Assembly: GCA_965645245.1 (NCBI GenBank) | Contig: OZ287080.1 | Span: 1,178,001-1,242,000 of the forward strand | DNA: 64,000 bases | Direction: 5' to 3' | Source of the DNA: Massalongia carnosa | Taxonomy: Eukaryota | The notes under the pieces: model-generated | What the model saw: the letters and a program-made list of their open reading frames with translations, nothing else | What the model was told of the DNA's origin: nothing | Databases searched by the model: none | Shown here: in pieces, positions 24,077 through 37,766 of the stretch | How the letters are laid out: each line of letters starts with the position of its first letter | Numbering within the stretch: position 1 is the first letter of the stretch | Position numbers and translations under genes: made by a program

Positions 24077-26555
24077 ATTTTCCAGTTGACCTTGACGACC
24101 CCAGAGGCTGGAGACAAGGTGCAAAAACGACCAGCATGGTGAAATCATATTAACGCAGAAGATATATACATGTAAAATGTATTCGGGATAGAGGAGAGCA
24201 AGAGCAATTCATTCATAGTGTGAGGCTTATCGTTTTTGCGCAACCTAGGCATTGGTTCTTCTCCCGTTTCATGCATATTTTCTTTCTTCTGAACCAACGA
24301 GCCAGACCACAACCTCATGGTAGTAAAGGCATACCTTCTCCAAATCAAGCCATCGGACGTAGCGAACTATTTCTAGTTATTGTGTAGTTAACACTGAGGT
24401 CGATTTCTGCATATTTAGGTCCGCTTATGGACTGTTGCGCTTTATTGACTCTTTAATATCTAGATCACTCCTTATACGTTCCTGATCTACTATAAGTAGC
24501 TTCAAGTTGATTGCATGCTATTAGAGCTCAGTTATCAATTCGACAGGCTATAAGGACAGCGTTCATTTTTTATGGATCAAAGGTAAACCACGATCCGCTG
24601 GATCAGCAGTCTCTACGTGGTGCAGGCTATCAATATCTCCTTGGAAATGATCAAAATCTGATCATCATCAAAGCGGAAGCCCACTTTGGTGGTCATCACT
24701 TTATCAACGTCTCTACTGATCAATCGTAAAATACGAAGGCATACGGAGCTCATTCATTTCGGAATGACCATATTTCTCATATGTACGAAAGCCTTTTATC
24801 ACATCGAAGCGTTCATTCATTACGAAATGAACCAAACCCTATTTACAAAGATATCACGATCTGCCCTCGATCATGGCCCGTCATTTCTTCCTTTCATCAA
24901 AACGTTGAAAAGAGAGAATATATGGAGATACATTGTCTAATTTATCAAGTTCATAGGATTCCTGGCGCTTGAAGATCTGAGTGTATGCACTGCATAAAAG
25001 AAGAACATTTTTGAAGCGATGAATATGAAATTAGAAAGTGACTTTATCCCGAAAGCCAGGTTTCTATGTACTTCCTGAATACTGTTTGTGTATATAAATA
25101 GCAGTCATAGCCTCATGTCTTTAGGATGCATACGCTTAATGAATCAAAAAATGGTAAACCACCAACGCTTAGACATTATATCAGATTAGTCTCGTGGCTG
25201 ATATATGTTTCAAATATCAATAACAAGCATCAGCCATATATCTTATACGCGAACGCTTTGCCTACCTTTATATACTTTCTATACCTATGGCCCTTGTTTC
25301 CGGAGCGGCACAATTCTCTCCTCATCCAATCTGCACCCTAACCCCAAATTGGATACCGAGTGCTTGAAGTTCAGGAAAAGAGCCGTTATATTTGTAAGCT
25401 ATTCATCGTGCTGAGCGGAATTTTTCTCTTGGGTAATATAAAGCTCATATCCCTATTGAATATAACGGCCGAGTGTTAAGCAACGCCTTTACGGTTCAGC
25501 GAAACCTGGCTCTCCAAAGGCAGCTCGTGGAGCGAGTCGTCAAAGGCTTTATCGACCTGATGGAAAGACGTCTTGGATACGGCCCCTAAAGGGAGCCGCT
25601 ATGTGGCGTTAGTACGGCTAGATAGAAAATCTTTTGAATCTTTAATAAGCTTACCACTTTTGAAGAAGGCTGATGGTTACTCTAATCATGGCTACTATGA
25701 CTAAAAGAAGGATCAGGGGCTTATGGATACTTGGTCTATGGTCGTTACTTTTTGCGTAAACCAGAGCGCCATTGTTATATGCCATGATCTAATGGAAACT
25801 CATGATAGAAGGAACCATAGTAGGGCTTAAATGGGTGATATCGAGGTGGAAATGTTAATATAGCCTTGCCGTGCGATACGGTACCCACTCAACATATTCT
25901 TTGGTTTTCCTGCTAAATCGTGGCTTCCTTGAGTGGACGGTCTGCATATCTCGTTCTTTCTCCTTAATTTCCTCCGCCAGCTCAAAAGGATATTGCTACA
26001 GGCGACGATTTTGAATAAATACGAGATATCTAGAGCGCCTTACACGAGTTGCTGCCTCATGGATTTCAGCTTGGAGATTGATATTAGTAGACAGTGAACT
26101 GGCGAGTCCTATCTGTACGATCATTGCTTTGAAGTTAGGTTCGGTCTGTCGTGTCCGGAAAATATCCGCACTGGACGTCTTGGACTTAAGCCAATTAGGC
26201 TCGGCGAAGAACCCATCTGGGAAGGCTGTTGGCAGTCGTCGCTTGCAACATCAACTGCTCCTATCTCCGCCACAATACGAATACAGACTGAGGAGAAAGG
26301 GCAGAAATCAAGGCAGATATAACCCATGAATGCACGTGCACTTCATCATTGGGCCTTCCCATCTTAACCCCTCAATCATGCTATACCCGTTCAACTGTAA
26401 CGATGGGAATCCTAAGATTCCTTGCATCTGCGACCCGCTCGCGGGGTTTAAAGATCGTCCAATGGCCACTATGAATACTCAGACGATCGTTTTCCCCGTA
26501 TACCTCTTGTGCGACTTCAAGGTTCCCTATGAGACGTTAAGAAACATTTCGCAAA

Positions 26556-29098
26556 ATGAAGTCCTTTGCATTCGTTCCTTTCCTTGCTGTTGCAGGATTG
26601 GCCTGCGACAATTGTTATGGACCTCGAGATGAAGTAGTACACGTCCGGAACGTTCGACGCATGCAGCCCGAGGCGCAAAGTGCCAAGGTCAAGCCTCGAG
26701 CACCTCTGGAATGGGGCCAAGTGAACTTCTTGCACACCACCGACACCCACGGCTGGCTCGAAGGGTTGGTCAAATCATGATTGATAGAATGCCATGGATG
26801 CTTATTTAAAATAGGCATCTCAAGGAGCAGAATTATGGGGCAGACTGGGGCGATTTTGTCAGCTTCACCAAGTACGGAGCCATATTTTTCGTCGATTTGG
26901 TTCACGTCTAAGAAATTCTGTAGGGATATGAAGGAGAAGGCTGCAATGTTGAAGGTAGATCTGCTACTTATTGACACTGGTATCTTTCCGATCGTCTCGC
27001 CTGGAGATTTTGGCTAATTTGATGGTCTACTAGGAGACTTGCATGATGGAGCCGGACTTAGCGATGTCACCGACCCAAACGGTCGTTTATCGAATCCAAT
27101 ATTTGAGAACATCCATTATGACCTGTTATCTATCGGTATGATCACCCGTTTTTCGGATGAAGGAAATTACTTAACTCGGATAGGTAACCATGAGCTTTAC
27201 GTGACCGATGTGGCATATGAAACCTTCAACGGCTTCAATAAAGTTTATGGGGAGCGATATGTCACTAGCAATGTACAGATAATCAACCCAAAAACAAGGG
27301 AGTTTGAGTATATCGGGAACAAATTTCGTTATTTTACTACAGATCATGGTGAGCCCTGTCAAGTTAGGCGAAGTTGCTACTGGCTGCTAAATTTCCAAGG
27401 CCTTCGAATCATGGCATTCGGCGTGTTGTTTGATTTCACGGGAAACTCCAACGTTTCGAAAGTTATTAAAACTGCAGATCTTGTGAAAGAGTCCTGGTTT
27501 CTAGAGGCGATAAATTACGAAAAGCCAATCGATCTTTTCGTTGTAATTGGACATAATCCAGTGCGGACAACAGCCAAAACCAGCACATTTGGGCTTCTCT
27601 ACAATACCATTCGTGAGATTCGTCCAGACGTTCCAATCCAGACTTTTGGAGGTCATACTCACATCAGGTAGCGCAACCCGAATTTCCATGTAATTGAGTT
27701 ATCTGACGGTTCTAAAGAGACTTTACTATATATGACCAGATATCGACTGGGCTTGAATCCGGTCAGAAAGGACTTTTGATTCTGAGATGAGCATTGACTA
27801 ATACACCCTAGGTCGCTATTGTGAAACGCTTGGATGGCTCTCTATCAGCGGACTTAATTCAACCTCATTCCATGGAAGCAAGAAACCAACCGGAGTTCCT
27901 AATCCAAGACGCAGAGCCATAAAAGTAGCCAATTCAACCCAGGGTCTACCACCAGCCTCAGAGACTGGGTTCAACCAGTCGAATGCAACCTCCGGTGGGT
28001 CTAATCAGTCATCTGTCAGTTCCAATCTACTATATTCTCGGCGATATCTTGATTGGAATCGCCTTACCTTTGCATATCATGCGATTGGGTCCCAGGATCG
28101 AACCTTTGATCGACACAGCGGCGGGAGAGTGAGCCATCAAATCACATCCGCCCGAAAAGATCTGAATCTAACCGCTTTGTACGGTTGTGCGCCAAAAACT
28201 TACTGCCAATACTGCAAACCGTACGGCACGGAAGGAAATATTTTTAATCTGCTTGAAGTTGCTCTTGGGGCAGCTGTCATCAATAGCTCCCGTGCCGATG
28301 TTCCTCGACTCATCATCATAAACACGGGAAGCGTTCGATTCGACCTGGTTGAGGGTCCTTTCACATTGTAGGCACATCTAAATTCCTCGGCCTTTTTGCG
28401 ACTAACTTATTTCATGAAACAGGGACGACAGTTTTATCGTCAGCCCGTTTCAGGATGCCTTCCAGTTCATTCCAGATGTTCCATACGATATTGCCAGGAA
28501 CGTCCTTGGCGTACTGAATGCTGGTCCGAATCAGAAGCGCAGCGACCTTTCCTCTCGAGACTTTGGCTTCACCGCTTTGGCTGGCGAGGCTTGCCCTAAT
28601 GGTGTTCTGCCGCACGACCATGATACATTAAAACCGCGCTCCATACCATTAACCCGTGGTCATTATCGCCGTCAAACTACAGCAATATCTCCCGGGTATA
28701 CGACGACTGGTACGTTTCATGTTCTTGTTCTGTTGCTATGGCGTTGAAAAGCATGACCATCTGCTAAACAAATACTAGACGACTTCGGTACGGACGGCGA
28801 CGACACTCCGCACTCGACTGTTCCAAACTTCTCACCGCCAAACGATATCCAAGGCAAAGGCGCCTTCCCCGCCGATGGCTCTGATCCTAAGACCATAGAC
28901 CTCGTATTCCTTGATTTCATAGCCAAAGATTATGTCGTGCCCGCACTGCAGCGTCTGGGCGCAAAGTATACCGTTGCAGACGTTCAAGAATACCTACCCA
29001 CTACTTTCACCACAAACAGTTATCTCCCCGCATATGCCAAGCTGGCATGGCAGGAAGGGGTTCCAAACTGCCCTGTAGGCACAGGGGTTGGGTCGTAG
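26556..29098 (+). CDS. Secreted calcineurin-like phosphoesterase / 5'-nucleotidase (YHR202W-like), multi-exon
   Basis: Signal peptide; [43 protein letters not shown]; many GT-AG introns. Confidence 0.9.
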
Positions 29099-30075
29099 AG
29101 CAGACGATTGACACAGATCAAGGCGGGCTAGAATCAACAATCACTTTCTGAGTTCATGAGAAGTAACCTTGGAAGCATGAGTACATTCGCTAAGTGATAT
29201 CTTCTTTGAGAAAGAGTAGGTAGAGGCTAGAGACCAGCAAGATTAGAGGGAAAACTCGCGTAACATCGAATGTGCCACCAATCATGAAAAATGATGCTTT
29301 CCCCAACATAGAAAATCTAGATACTGCCATCTAACGTGGAGGTTTAAATTCCGTCTGCTAGTTACAATCCTGAGACACCTAAAGCAGCGACTTTTCACCC
29401 CATTCCGATTACATGTAAGTGATCGGTTGGTTAAGATGGTGATATGTAAGATTAAGATTAGATAAGATTACAGTAACGGAATGGGTCGGAACAAGTGAGA
29501 TAAAAACGGTATCCAGGATGATGCAAGCTCTTTAAGAAGACGCAGACGTCTCGCTATTAACGGCTGTTCCTTAACAATTGCCCCAGCTGAAGAGGAAAAG
29601 AAGAACGACCCCATTTATGTCCCTAAGATATCCGAGACTCTGCTTCCACCGAGTCTGATTTCTCGACAAGATTCGTGCTATCTAAAGGACTTGTCCGATT
29701 ATTCGTTTTCTCGGGTTTGACGAGCGTAAACAGGTCTAGTAGCCCGCGTCGATAGCCATGTATAGCCTCGTCCATGTGTTCGTTTTCGATACGAGGGGCA
29801 GCGTTATCCCTTTCGAGGATATCATGATCAAGGTTTGATTCTCCCTAACACTAATCGGTAGACCTTACCCGTCTCCTCGCCTCTTCCTCCTAAACTCGCG
29901 CCCACGCAAGAAAATATAGAAAACCCGCTGGCTGTGCAAACCCTCCTCCCGTTCCGTTTCCTCCTCTTGTTGGAATATTCGCTTAACTCCATCATTTCTA
30001 GCTTAGCCCTACAGGCTGTCATGACTGCCGTAGTAATTTCAACATTATGCCGTCAACTGTTCATCTTAACATCTC

Positions 30076-30429
30076 TCAAACATTAGCCCCCAATTTCTCT
30101 CGTCCCCCTTCCCCTCCTCCCCTCCCCCAAACCACCTCCTCATATCCTGGCGGCGCCTCCTCCCTCCCCCTTCCTCCTTCCTCCGGCGCCGTCGCCGTCG
30201 CCGGATCCTCTTCCTCCGTCCTAACAAACCTCCCCCCAGGATGTTCCTCCGCCGCGTGATCGCCACCGCACTCGCAGCGCTCCCGGAGCCGTGCCACGCG
30301 CGCCGCGTTCTCTTGCTCCAGCGCTGAGAACTGGTCCGCGCTTTGCGCCTTGGCCGCACGGCGGCGACGGATGTTTTTGGAGATGGAGTCGTAGGCTAGT
30401 GCGAGGGCGCCGATGAGGAGGGATGCCAT
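30076..30429 (-). CDS. Small hypothetical fungal protein
   Basis: GC-rich ORF with AAAATGG start context, hydrophobic N-terminus, basic stretch, PPGYEE (PY-like) motif. Confidence 0.55.
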   Translation of the reverse strand: MASLLIGALALAYDSISKNIRRRRAAKAQSADQFSALEQENAARVARLRERCECGGDHAAEEHPGGRFVRTEEEDPATATAPEEGGRGREEAPPGYEEVVWGRGGGEGGREKLGANV

Positions 30430-31253
30430 TTTTGAAAGGTTGGATTTCTATTGGGGGAAATGGGGGCCGGGGTGGTTTGGCGCGGAGGTGGCGGGGGGTT
30501 AGGGGATGGTGGGTGGAAGGGTCTGTGGTTGGTATTTTCTGAGGGGGAGACCTGTGGGAATTTGGTGTAGGGAGGGGTTCGAGAGGTGGTTAGCCGTGTG
30601 TTTGGCTGGTAGGTAAGGACGACCACGATGGTTTCAGCGGTGGGAAGGAAGCGTTCCGGCGTTCAAGATGCGATTTCGAGGATCCTTTCTTCAACAAAGC
30701 ATTTGATGTTGTCAGAAAATAAAACATACAAGTTGATTATATAACAGTCTGTTCGTGCTTTTCTAATCGCTTCGGTGATTGATGCCTATCATTAGATAGG
30801 TAGCCAGTTGTGTTGGTCAAGAGTGAAGACTCCCCATCGCTCTAGCGTCCAAGCCCTCAGAGGCGTCGTGTTCTGGAAAATGTATACCTAGACCTAGTTG
30901 TGGAGGCTGAGCGCTGGGTTGCAATTGGTGGGTGTAGGTAGGGATGGTGGAAGTGAACTACCCTACCATTAGGCCAGCGCTAATAGGAATCGACCCTATT
31001 ATGATAGCAAATGAATTAAGGCAACTCGTGGAAGATTTGTCATTCCTACAAGCCTTTTCGTCGAATGATATGTGAATGGCTAAATCGTAAATCACGTAGG
31101 TTTGAGTTGTCTCATGATTTGACTTCAATTTGACCTCAAAGACCCCGTGCAATGGAACGATCAGACTTGTTGACCTATCTTTATGCGCATTTGTTAAGGA
31201 ATAGCATGCGGTCAGCTTGGTGAGTGAGATATGGAACGGAAGAGTAGGCATAA

Positions 31254-32665
31254 CACAGCGGGTGTCAAACGTTTTTACCTAATGAGGGTAGGATTTTTAA
31301 GCGAAAATCCCCCATGTGCATGAAATTGTTTTTAGATTTCCTCCCCCAATCAACCATGGCACCATCTACTCCACCACCACAGGCAAAAAATCCCCTAATG
31401 CTGATACCATCAGAAAAACCCGCTTTTTTCATGCTATTGATCATCGGCCGGAAAATGTCACCATCAAAGATGTCATCAAAGATGTCTGCGAGCAGGAGAG
31501 CATCAAGCTCGATCGAGGGAAATATTGGCTGAAGCAACGCCAGCGTCTTGAAGACGTCGCCTATCGACGACGTTCTCGTAGCGGTCGACCTAAAAAGGTG
31601 AGCACTCAGTTGATAAATCAGATGCTGAATCCACATACAAATGGCGTTCGCGATCAGCCGTACACCGTACAATTGGAGCACTTTCATATAGATGCAACGC
31701 GACGTACACTGCAAAGAGCATTCAGTGCTCGCAAACCTCGTGCCGCTCGATTTAAAAAAGCGAAGGTGAAAACGCTCAGTCAGAAAAACGAGCGACTACG
31801 AGTTCTATACGGGAAAGAGCATGAAAATCATACTATTGAGAATTTCTGGCAGTACGTTCATTTCACGGATGAGGCTCATTTCGACCCGGATCAAACGTAC
31901 CAAAAGCGAGTTCTTCGAGAGGAAGGCACTAGATACGAGTCAGAAAACATGCAAAAGATGCCGGACATGAAGGGGATAAAACTGCATGTGGCCGCTTCTA
32001 TTTCGTGGCATCATAAAGGGCCGCTGGCGTTTTACAATGACGAGCACGACGCGCTTGAAATTCAGGTTCACAAGCCCAGAAAACCACGCAAGTCCAAGTA
32101 TGAAACGGAGCATGATCATCGTCGGCGAATAGCTGAATGGGAGGCGTCTCTACCTCACGATTTAGAGATTAAATCAAAAGGCAATAGCATGACTCAAGCT
32201 TATTATACGGAGCGTCTGCTTCCCGGCTATATGACTGAAATTCATGAATGTCGTGTTTTTCATGATCGATTTTGCATCTTTCAAGAAGATAACGATCCTA
32301 GTCACGGCACACGATCTACAGACAATATCGTACGTAGATTCAAGGCAGCTAGCTGGATTGAAACGTTGAATCATCCTCCGCAATCCCCTGATCTCAATCC
32401 AACGGAAGGGGTATGGAATATTCTGAAACAGCGAGTTAGACGGCGACGGTGCAGCAATGTGAGAGAGTTAAAACGGGTGATTCTAGATGAATGGGACAAA
32501 ATATCTATAGATGAAATTCGGGCCCGAATTAAGGAGATGCCTGATCGATGTAAGAGATTAATAGCGATGGAGGGCAAAGCAATAAAACCCGATCTATGGT
32601 AAATTCTGATGATTTTGGTGAGGGGCCCTGACCCCAATTAGGTAAAAACTTTTGACACCCACGTG
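31254..32665 (+). mobile_element. Tc1/IS630-type DD38E element, copy 1
   Basis: TIRs CACAGCGGGTGTCAAA..TACCTAAT / ATTAGGTA..TTTGACACCCACGTG; ends defined by identity with copy 2. Confidence 0.93.
31356..32602 (+). CDS. Tc1-type transposase (DD38E); ATG out of frame with the main ORF
   Basis: HFTDEAHF, QEDNDPSH, PPQSPDLNPTEGVW (38 residues between D and E); track ORF begins at GTG 31316. Confidence 0.8.
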
Positions 32666-32729
32666 CTAGCTCGCGTGTGTTTACAATATCAAGAATGCTT
32701 CTGGGTTTGCTTTCTCGGGATTTGAAAGT

Positions 32730-34772
32730 ATGCTTTCGCCAGGCAATGTGGAGAAGTTTCTTGAACACAAATTCACCCACCTAATCATTGGCGGGGGAAC
32801 AGCCGGCCTCGTTGTCGCTGCCCGCCTTTCCGAGAACCCTAGCATAATAGTCGGTGTCCTTGAAGCGGGGCCTCCAGCTTTCCAAGAACCACTCATCAAT
32901 ATTCCAGGTCGCTTCGGAGAAATTCTTGGCTCGAAGTACGACTGGAAATTTGAAACAGTACCACAGGCTGGTATCAATGGCAAAAGGCTGGCATGGCCGA
33001 GAGGGAAGGTTTTGGGCGGCACGAGTGCGTTGAACTTCATGACGTGGAATAGGGGTTGCAGGGAGGACTACGATGCATGGGAGGAACTAGGGAATGATGG
33101 GTGGGGGTGGGAGGGAATGCTGTTAGTTTTGTGGTTCATCTTTCCTATGTCCTTGTGTTTGTCTTGGTTTCTATATTTCAATTTGCGGTTTTGACTACTA
33201 TGTATAGTCAAGGTTTTTGACGATTCTATAACACAAACAGGCCGTTTTTCAAAAAGAGCGAGCATTTTCAAGAACCAACTGCTGCTCATCAAGACCGACA
33301 TCACTCGCACTTTGATGCTGAATTCCACGGCCGTGAAGGGCCCCTTCACACAGTGTACTCGTTAGAATATGGAATCTCACATCAATACTGGCATGCAACG
33401 CTGCACGAGTTCGGCGTCCCGACCAACCGCAGCCATTTTTCCGGGTCGAATGTGGGTGTATGGACTTCACTTACCAGTGTTAATCCACAATCGCGGGAGA
33501 GGAGCTACTCGGCTACTGCCTATTACAAACGCTGTTCGGAGAGATCTAATATGGTGTTACTCTCAGAGGCAACTGTCAGAGAGGTTGTTTTAGAGGAGGA
33601 AAAAGGCGGGTGGGTTGCAAAAGCCGTTAAGTTTTCGTGCGGAGGAAGCGAACATGTTGTCCGCACTGATGGAGAGATCATTCTTTGTGCAGGCAGTGTG
33701 CAGTCACCCCAACTTCTCGAGTTATCCGGAATCGGTAACTCGGAGATCCTCGAGGCTGCCGGCATTGAGCTCAAAGTCGCCAATGCTAACGTTGGAGAAA
33801 ACCTTCAGGATCATATGAGTCAGTTCTTTCATTGCTCTTCTTCGCCAGCTTCAGTCTCGCTGTGAAAAGATTCTCACAGAGAAGATAGTGACGGCTATGA
33901 TCTACGAAATCGATCCCTCAATCATCACCCCCGATGACCTTCGCGCCGACCCCGTCCTAGCCGAAGCCGCCGATCTCACCTACGCCACCTCCCAATCCGG
34001 TCCTCGCACTGCCGTCCCATCCTCAATCGCCTATCTCCCCCTCGCCCAAATCATCCCCGCCGACACCCTCGCAGACCTCGCCTCATCCCTGCCCATAACC
34101 CACTCCCCAACCCTTCGCGAAACCATCCTAGCCCGCCGCCTATCCCTAGACTCCCACCTCGGTCATGTCGAATTCAACTTCGACCTCAGCAACTACAACC
34201 CGCACTACACCTCCCTCCCAGGAAAGAAATACGCAACCATGCTCCAAATGCTGCAGTACCCTTTTTCCAAAGGCTCCATCCACATCCCGCCCGCCCGCAA
34301 CGGGACGCCAACGACCTCCAACGACAACCCCGTCATCGATCCGAAATACTACTCCGGCCCTGGCGGCGCCGTCGATTTCCGCATCATGGTCGCCGCCCAG
34401 AAACTCGCCCACAGGATCTGCTCCACAAAACCCCTATCCAACATCATCATCGCTCGAGTCTTTCCTCCCCCGCCCCGGGACGACCACGCCGACAAAAACT
34501 GCACCGTCGAAGAACAGAAAGAGGATTTCATAGCCTGGGTCCGTGACTCTACCCTCACGGACTGGCACCCCGTCGGCACCTGCGCCATGGGCCGGAAAGG
34601 GGACGGAGGCGTGGTAGATGCCAGACTGAGGGTGCATGGCGTGCGGGGCCTCAGGGTCGTGGACGCGAGCGTGATGCCCTTGCAGATCAGCGCGCACATC
34701 CAAGCTACGGTGTACGCTATTGCCGAGAAGGGCGCGGCGATGATTCTGGAGGATTGGGAGGGAAGGCTGTGA
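32730..34772 (+). CDS. GMC oxidoreductase (AA3-like)
   Basis: IIGGGTAGLVVAARL, PRGKVLGGTSALN, AGSVQSPQLLELSGIG, VGENLQDH, WHPVGTCAMG, LRVVDASVMP; two introns. Confidence 0.95.
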
Positions 34773-36036
34773 GTTCGAAAGCTTTTTGGGATGGAGAAAC
34801 GAACTCGCTCTTTCTTTTCTTTCTTTTCCTTTTTTTCGGGCAGGCTTGATGGTTGTTAATGTGCGCTACAGCTAACGTTCTTTTTACAAGCCAAACCCAT
34901 TCCCTGTAATGAAAAAATCAAGCCAAGTCAAGTTAAGAACAACGATAATAAAAAATAAAATAAACCTCCAACCTCCAACCTCCAACCTCCCTCCCTTTCT
35001 CTTCTTCTTTTTCTCTCTTCTCCCTTCTTTCTCCCGTCAGAAACTTAACCCCCTCCCTCCCTTCTCGTCCCCTCCAACAGGTATTTTTGAAAAAAAAAAG
35101 TCCATCTCTCCCGCTCCTCGCGACGAAAATGGACTTATCCACGTTAGTGGTATCCTCCCCGTCTATCCGTCTATCATATCCATTCCTTTATTTTGGGGGG
35201 GGGAGTGGATGAAGTTGATGATGATGATGATGATGATGATGAGGATAGCTTCGTTCCCTGCTTTCCTGCTCGAGGAAGTGTGAAAGACGTGCAAGCTATC
35301 TATTCATCTACCTTTACTTACCTAGACAGATATGTATCTGTTCAATTGTAGTAGTAGTAGTAGTAGTGGGTACGTCCCCAAACCTGATGGATGCTAAACC
35401 TAACCCTACCGTTGACCTGCATGTTCCCTTTGCGCTCACTACCTCCGTACGGACCCTGTTACTGATAAGCGATACGGATATGTAGATGGCCGTTCGTGGG
35501 ACTTGCATGATGATACTTTTCTATCTATCTACCGATAATTTTTTAATATAGCTAGGTAAGTAGGTAGGTAGGTTTATGAAATTTGGTTGAACTCTCTTTC
35601 TTTCTTTCCTTTAGTAATTGCGTTAAAAAGTGTCTGTTTCGGTTTTTCTTCCCCCCCCCAAAACCCATACCATTTCCCATCATAGACAAGATACATAGCG
35701 ATGTGTCCGCAACCTTCCATCACGTCACACGCGCGATGTCCTTCTCCCAATCTACCGCCTTCGCATCGTCGAATCTTAGCTCATTAGGTATCCTTCCCGT
35801 GCGATCTGCAGTTTGCATCGCAATCCGACCTGTATCTTGCATGCGCGCGATCCACCTACATACCTGCACCTGCAATCCATCTGCGCCTGCACCGAGACCC
35901 CCCACTCCCCACTCCCCACCTTCAATGACGTACTCCTCGATAAAAGAAGCATCCACATACCTCCATTGTCCCTTTTAATCCCCTTTGGGTTCCTTCGCTC
36001 GACCTCAAAGCTCCCTCTTGGCTAAATCGCAACAGA

Positions 36037-37766
36037 ATGGCCTCCCAAAGCCCTCTCCCTGACCTCGAAAAATCCTCTGCCAATACTGATAGCATCGCTG
36101 CCTCCCCTCCTCCTGTGCCTGCGCATCAAGCTAACAGTAGATTCGCCCGCTTCAACGCGAGAATCGAGTCCCTCGCCGGTCTGGAGGCGCGCGGCATTGC
36201 ACGTGTGCTACCCGATGAGCGCCAGCCGGGGTCGCCGGCGGGATACGTGCAGATGGCGCTGCTGTGGTTTAGCGCAAATCTGACAGCGAACCATCTCGCG
36301 GTGGGGTTGCTAGGGCCGTTGGAGTTCAAGTTGGGGTTTGTAGATGCGGCGTTGTGCGCTGTGTTTGGGGCGTTGGTGGGATCTCTGGGGACGGCATATA
36401 TGAGTATTTGGGGGGCGCAGAGCGGGAATCGGACGATGGTATGATTTCTTTCGTCTCCTTTTCCAGTTTGGAGGTTTGGTCGCAATCCGTAGAGGATATT
36501 TTGGTTTATGTATTTTGGGAAAAGTCGAATAAGGGACGTTTGACGGAGTTTCATGAGCTGAATGCGTGAGGAGAGTAGATTGTGGCTCGGTATTTTATGG
36601 GATACTGGCCGTCGAAGATTGCCTGCCTTATCACTATTATCGTCTCAATCGGGTACGGCACAATCGACTGCATTATCGGCGGACAGATCCTGTCTGCTGT
36701 CACTGGAGGGAGCATGTCGATTGTGGTCGGAATTATCATAATCGCCCTGGTCACCTGGATAGTCGTCGTCTTTGGCATGAAAGTATTCCACATCTATGAA
36801 AGGTGAATGCATGTTCACCATGATGGTCGTTGCGGGTTCTGCCATGACTAAATGACGATCAGGTGGTCCTGGATCCCTCAACTAGTCGTTCTCCTTGTCC
36901 TCGTCGGCTCTGCAGGCCCACATTTCAATGCCTTCACCCAATCCATTGGGAACACGGCAACCGTAAATGCTAACCGCCTTTCGTTTTTCTCCCTATGTCT
37001 AGCCGTCCCGGTATCCTGGGTCGCTGAAGCCTCCGATTTTTATGTCTACTACCCCGAAAACACCACGAGATGGAAGATATTCCTAATGACCTTTTCTGGC
37101 TTAACCTTCTCCTATGCCTTTGTTGATCTTCTTGGCGTTGGCCTAGCGTCCGGTATTTCCACCACTCCCTCCTGGGCAACGGCCTACGACACGTCTTCCG
37201 GGGCCCTGATCCTCGCTGGCTACGACGGGCTTCAAGGATTCGGCAAATTCTGCGGCGTGATCATCGCATTAGGCCTCATCGCAAACAACATCCCAGGAAC
37301 ATACGCCGGTGCACTCGATTTCCAGGTCTTGGGGCGATACGGAAAAGCAGTTCCTCGCTATATCTAGAGCTGTGTCGTAGTAGCAATTTACTCGGTACTC
37401 GCCATCGCAGGCCGTAACAGTTTGTTCGAAATATTCAAAAACTTCCTCGCGCTAATGGGGTACTGGATTGTCATTTTCCTTTCAATCGTGCTAGAGGAGC
37501 ATCTGGTCTTTCGACGACGCGTTGGCTTCGATTGGACCGCATGGGAGGATAAGAAACGGTTGCCTGTTGGTGTTGCAGCGCTCGTGGCATTCCTAGTTGG
37601 TTGGGCAGGAGCCATCGTGGGTATGTATCAGCTGTGGTACGTTGGACCGTTGGCAAAGATGGCGGGGGATGCTGGGGCAGATATGGGTATTTGGATCGGG
37701 TGTGGAGTTACGCTTCTCACCTTTCCTCCTCTTCGAGTTTGGGAGCTCAAGAAATTCGGTCGTTAG
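36037..37766 (+). pseudogene. Purine-cytosine permease (NCS1, FCY2-like) with one in-frame TAG
   Basis: LEARGIARV, LWFSAN, GNRTMIVARYFMGYWP, DFYVYYP, IANNIPGTY, NFLALMGYW; TAG at 37365-37367 in VPRYI*SCV; two introns. Confidence 0.85.

Noticed and set aside
24400..26100. Possible degraded gene remnant
   Set aside because: Only short stop-rich ORFs; no family could be assigned.
31254..31260. CACAGCG resembles the RSS/Transib heptamer CACAGTG
   Set aside because: The transposase is clearly Tc1-type, not Transib/RAG; no 5-bp TSD or nonamer.
35720..35956. 78-aa minus-strand ORF upstream of the permease
   Set aside because: No recognisable domain; lies in the probable promoter/5' UTR.
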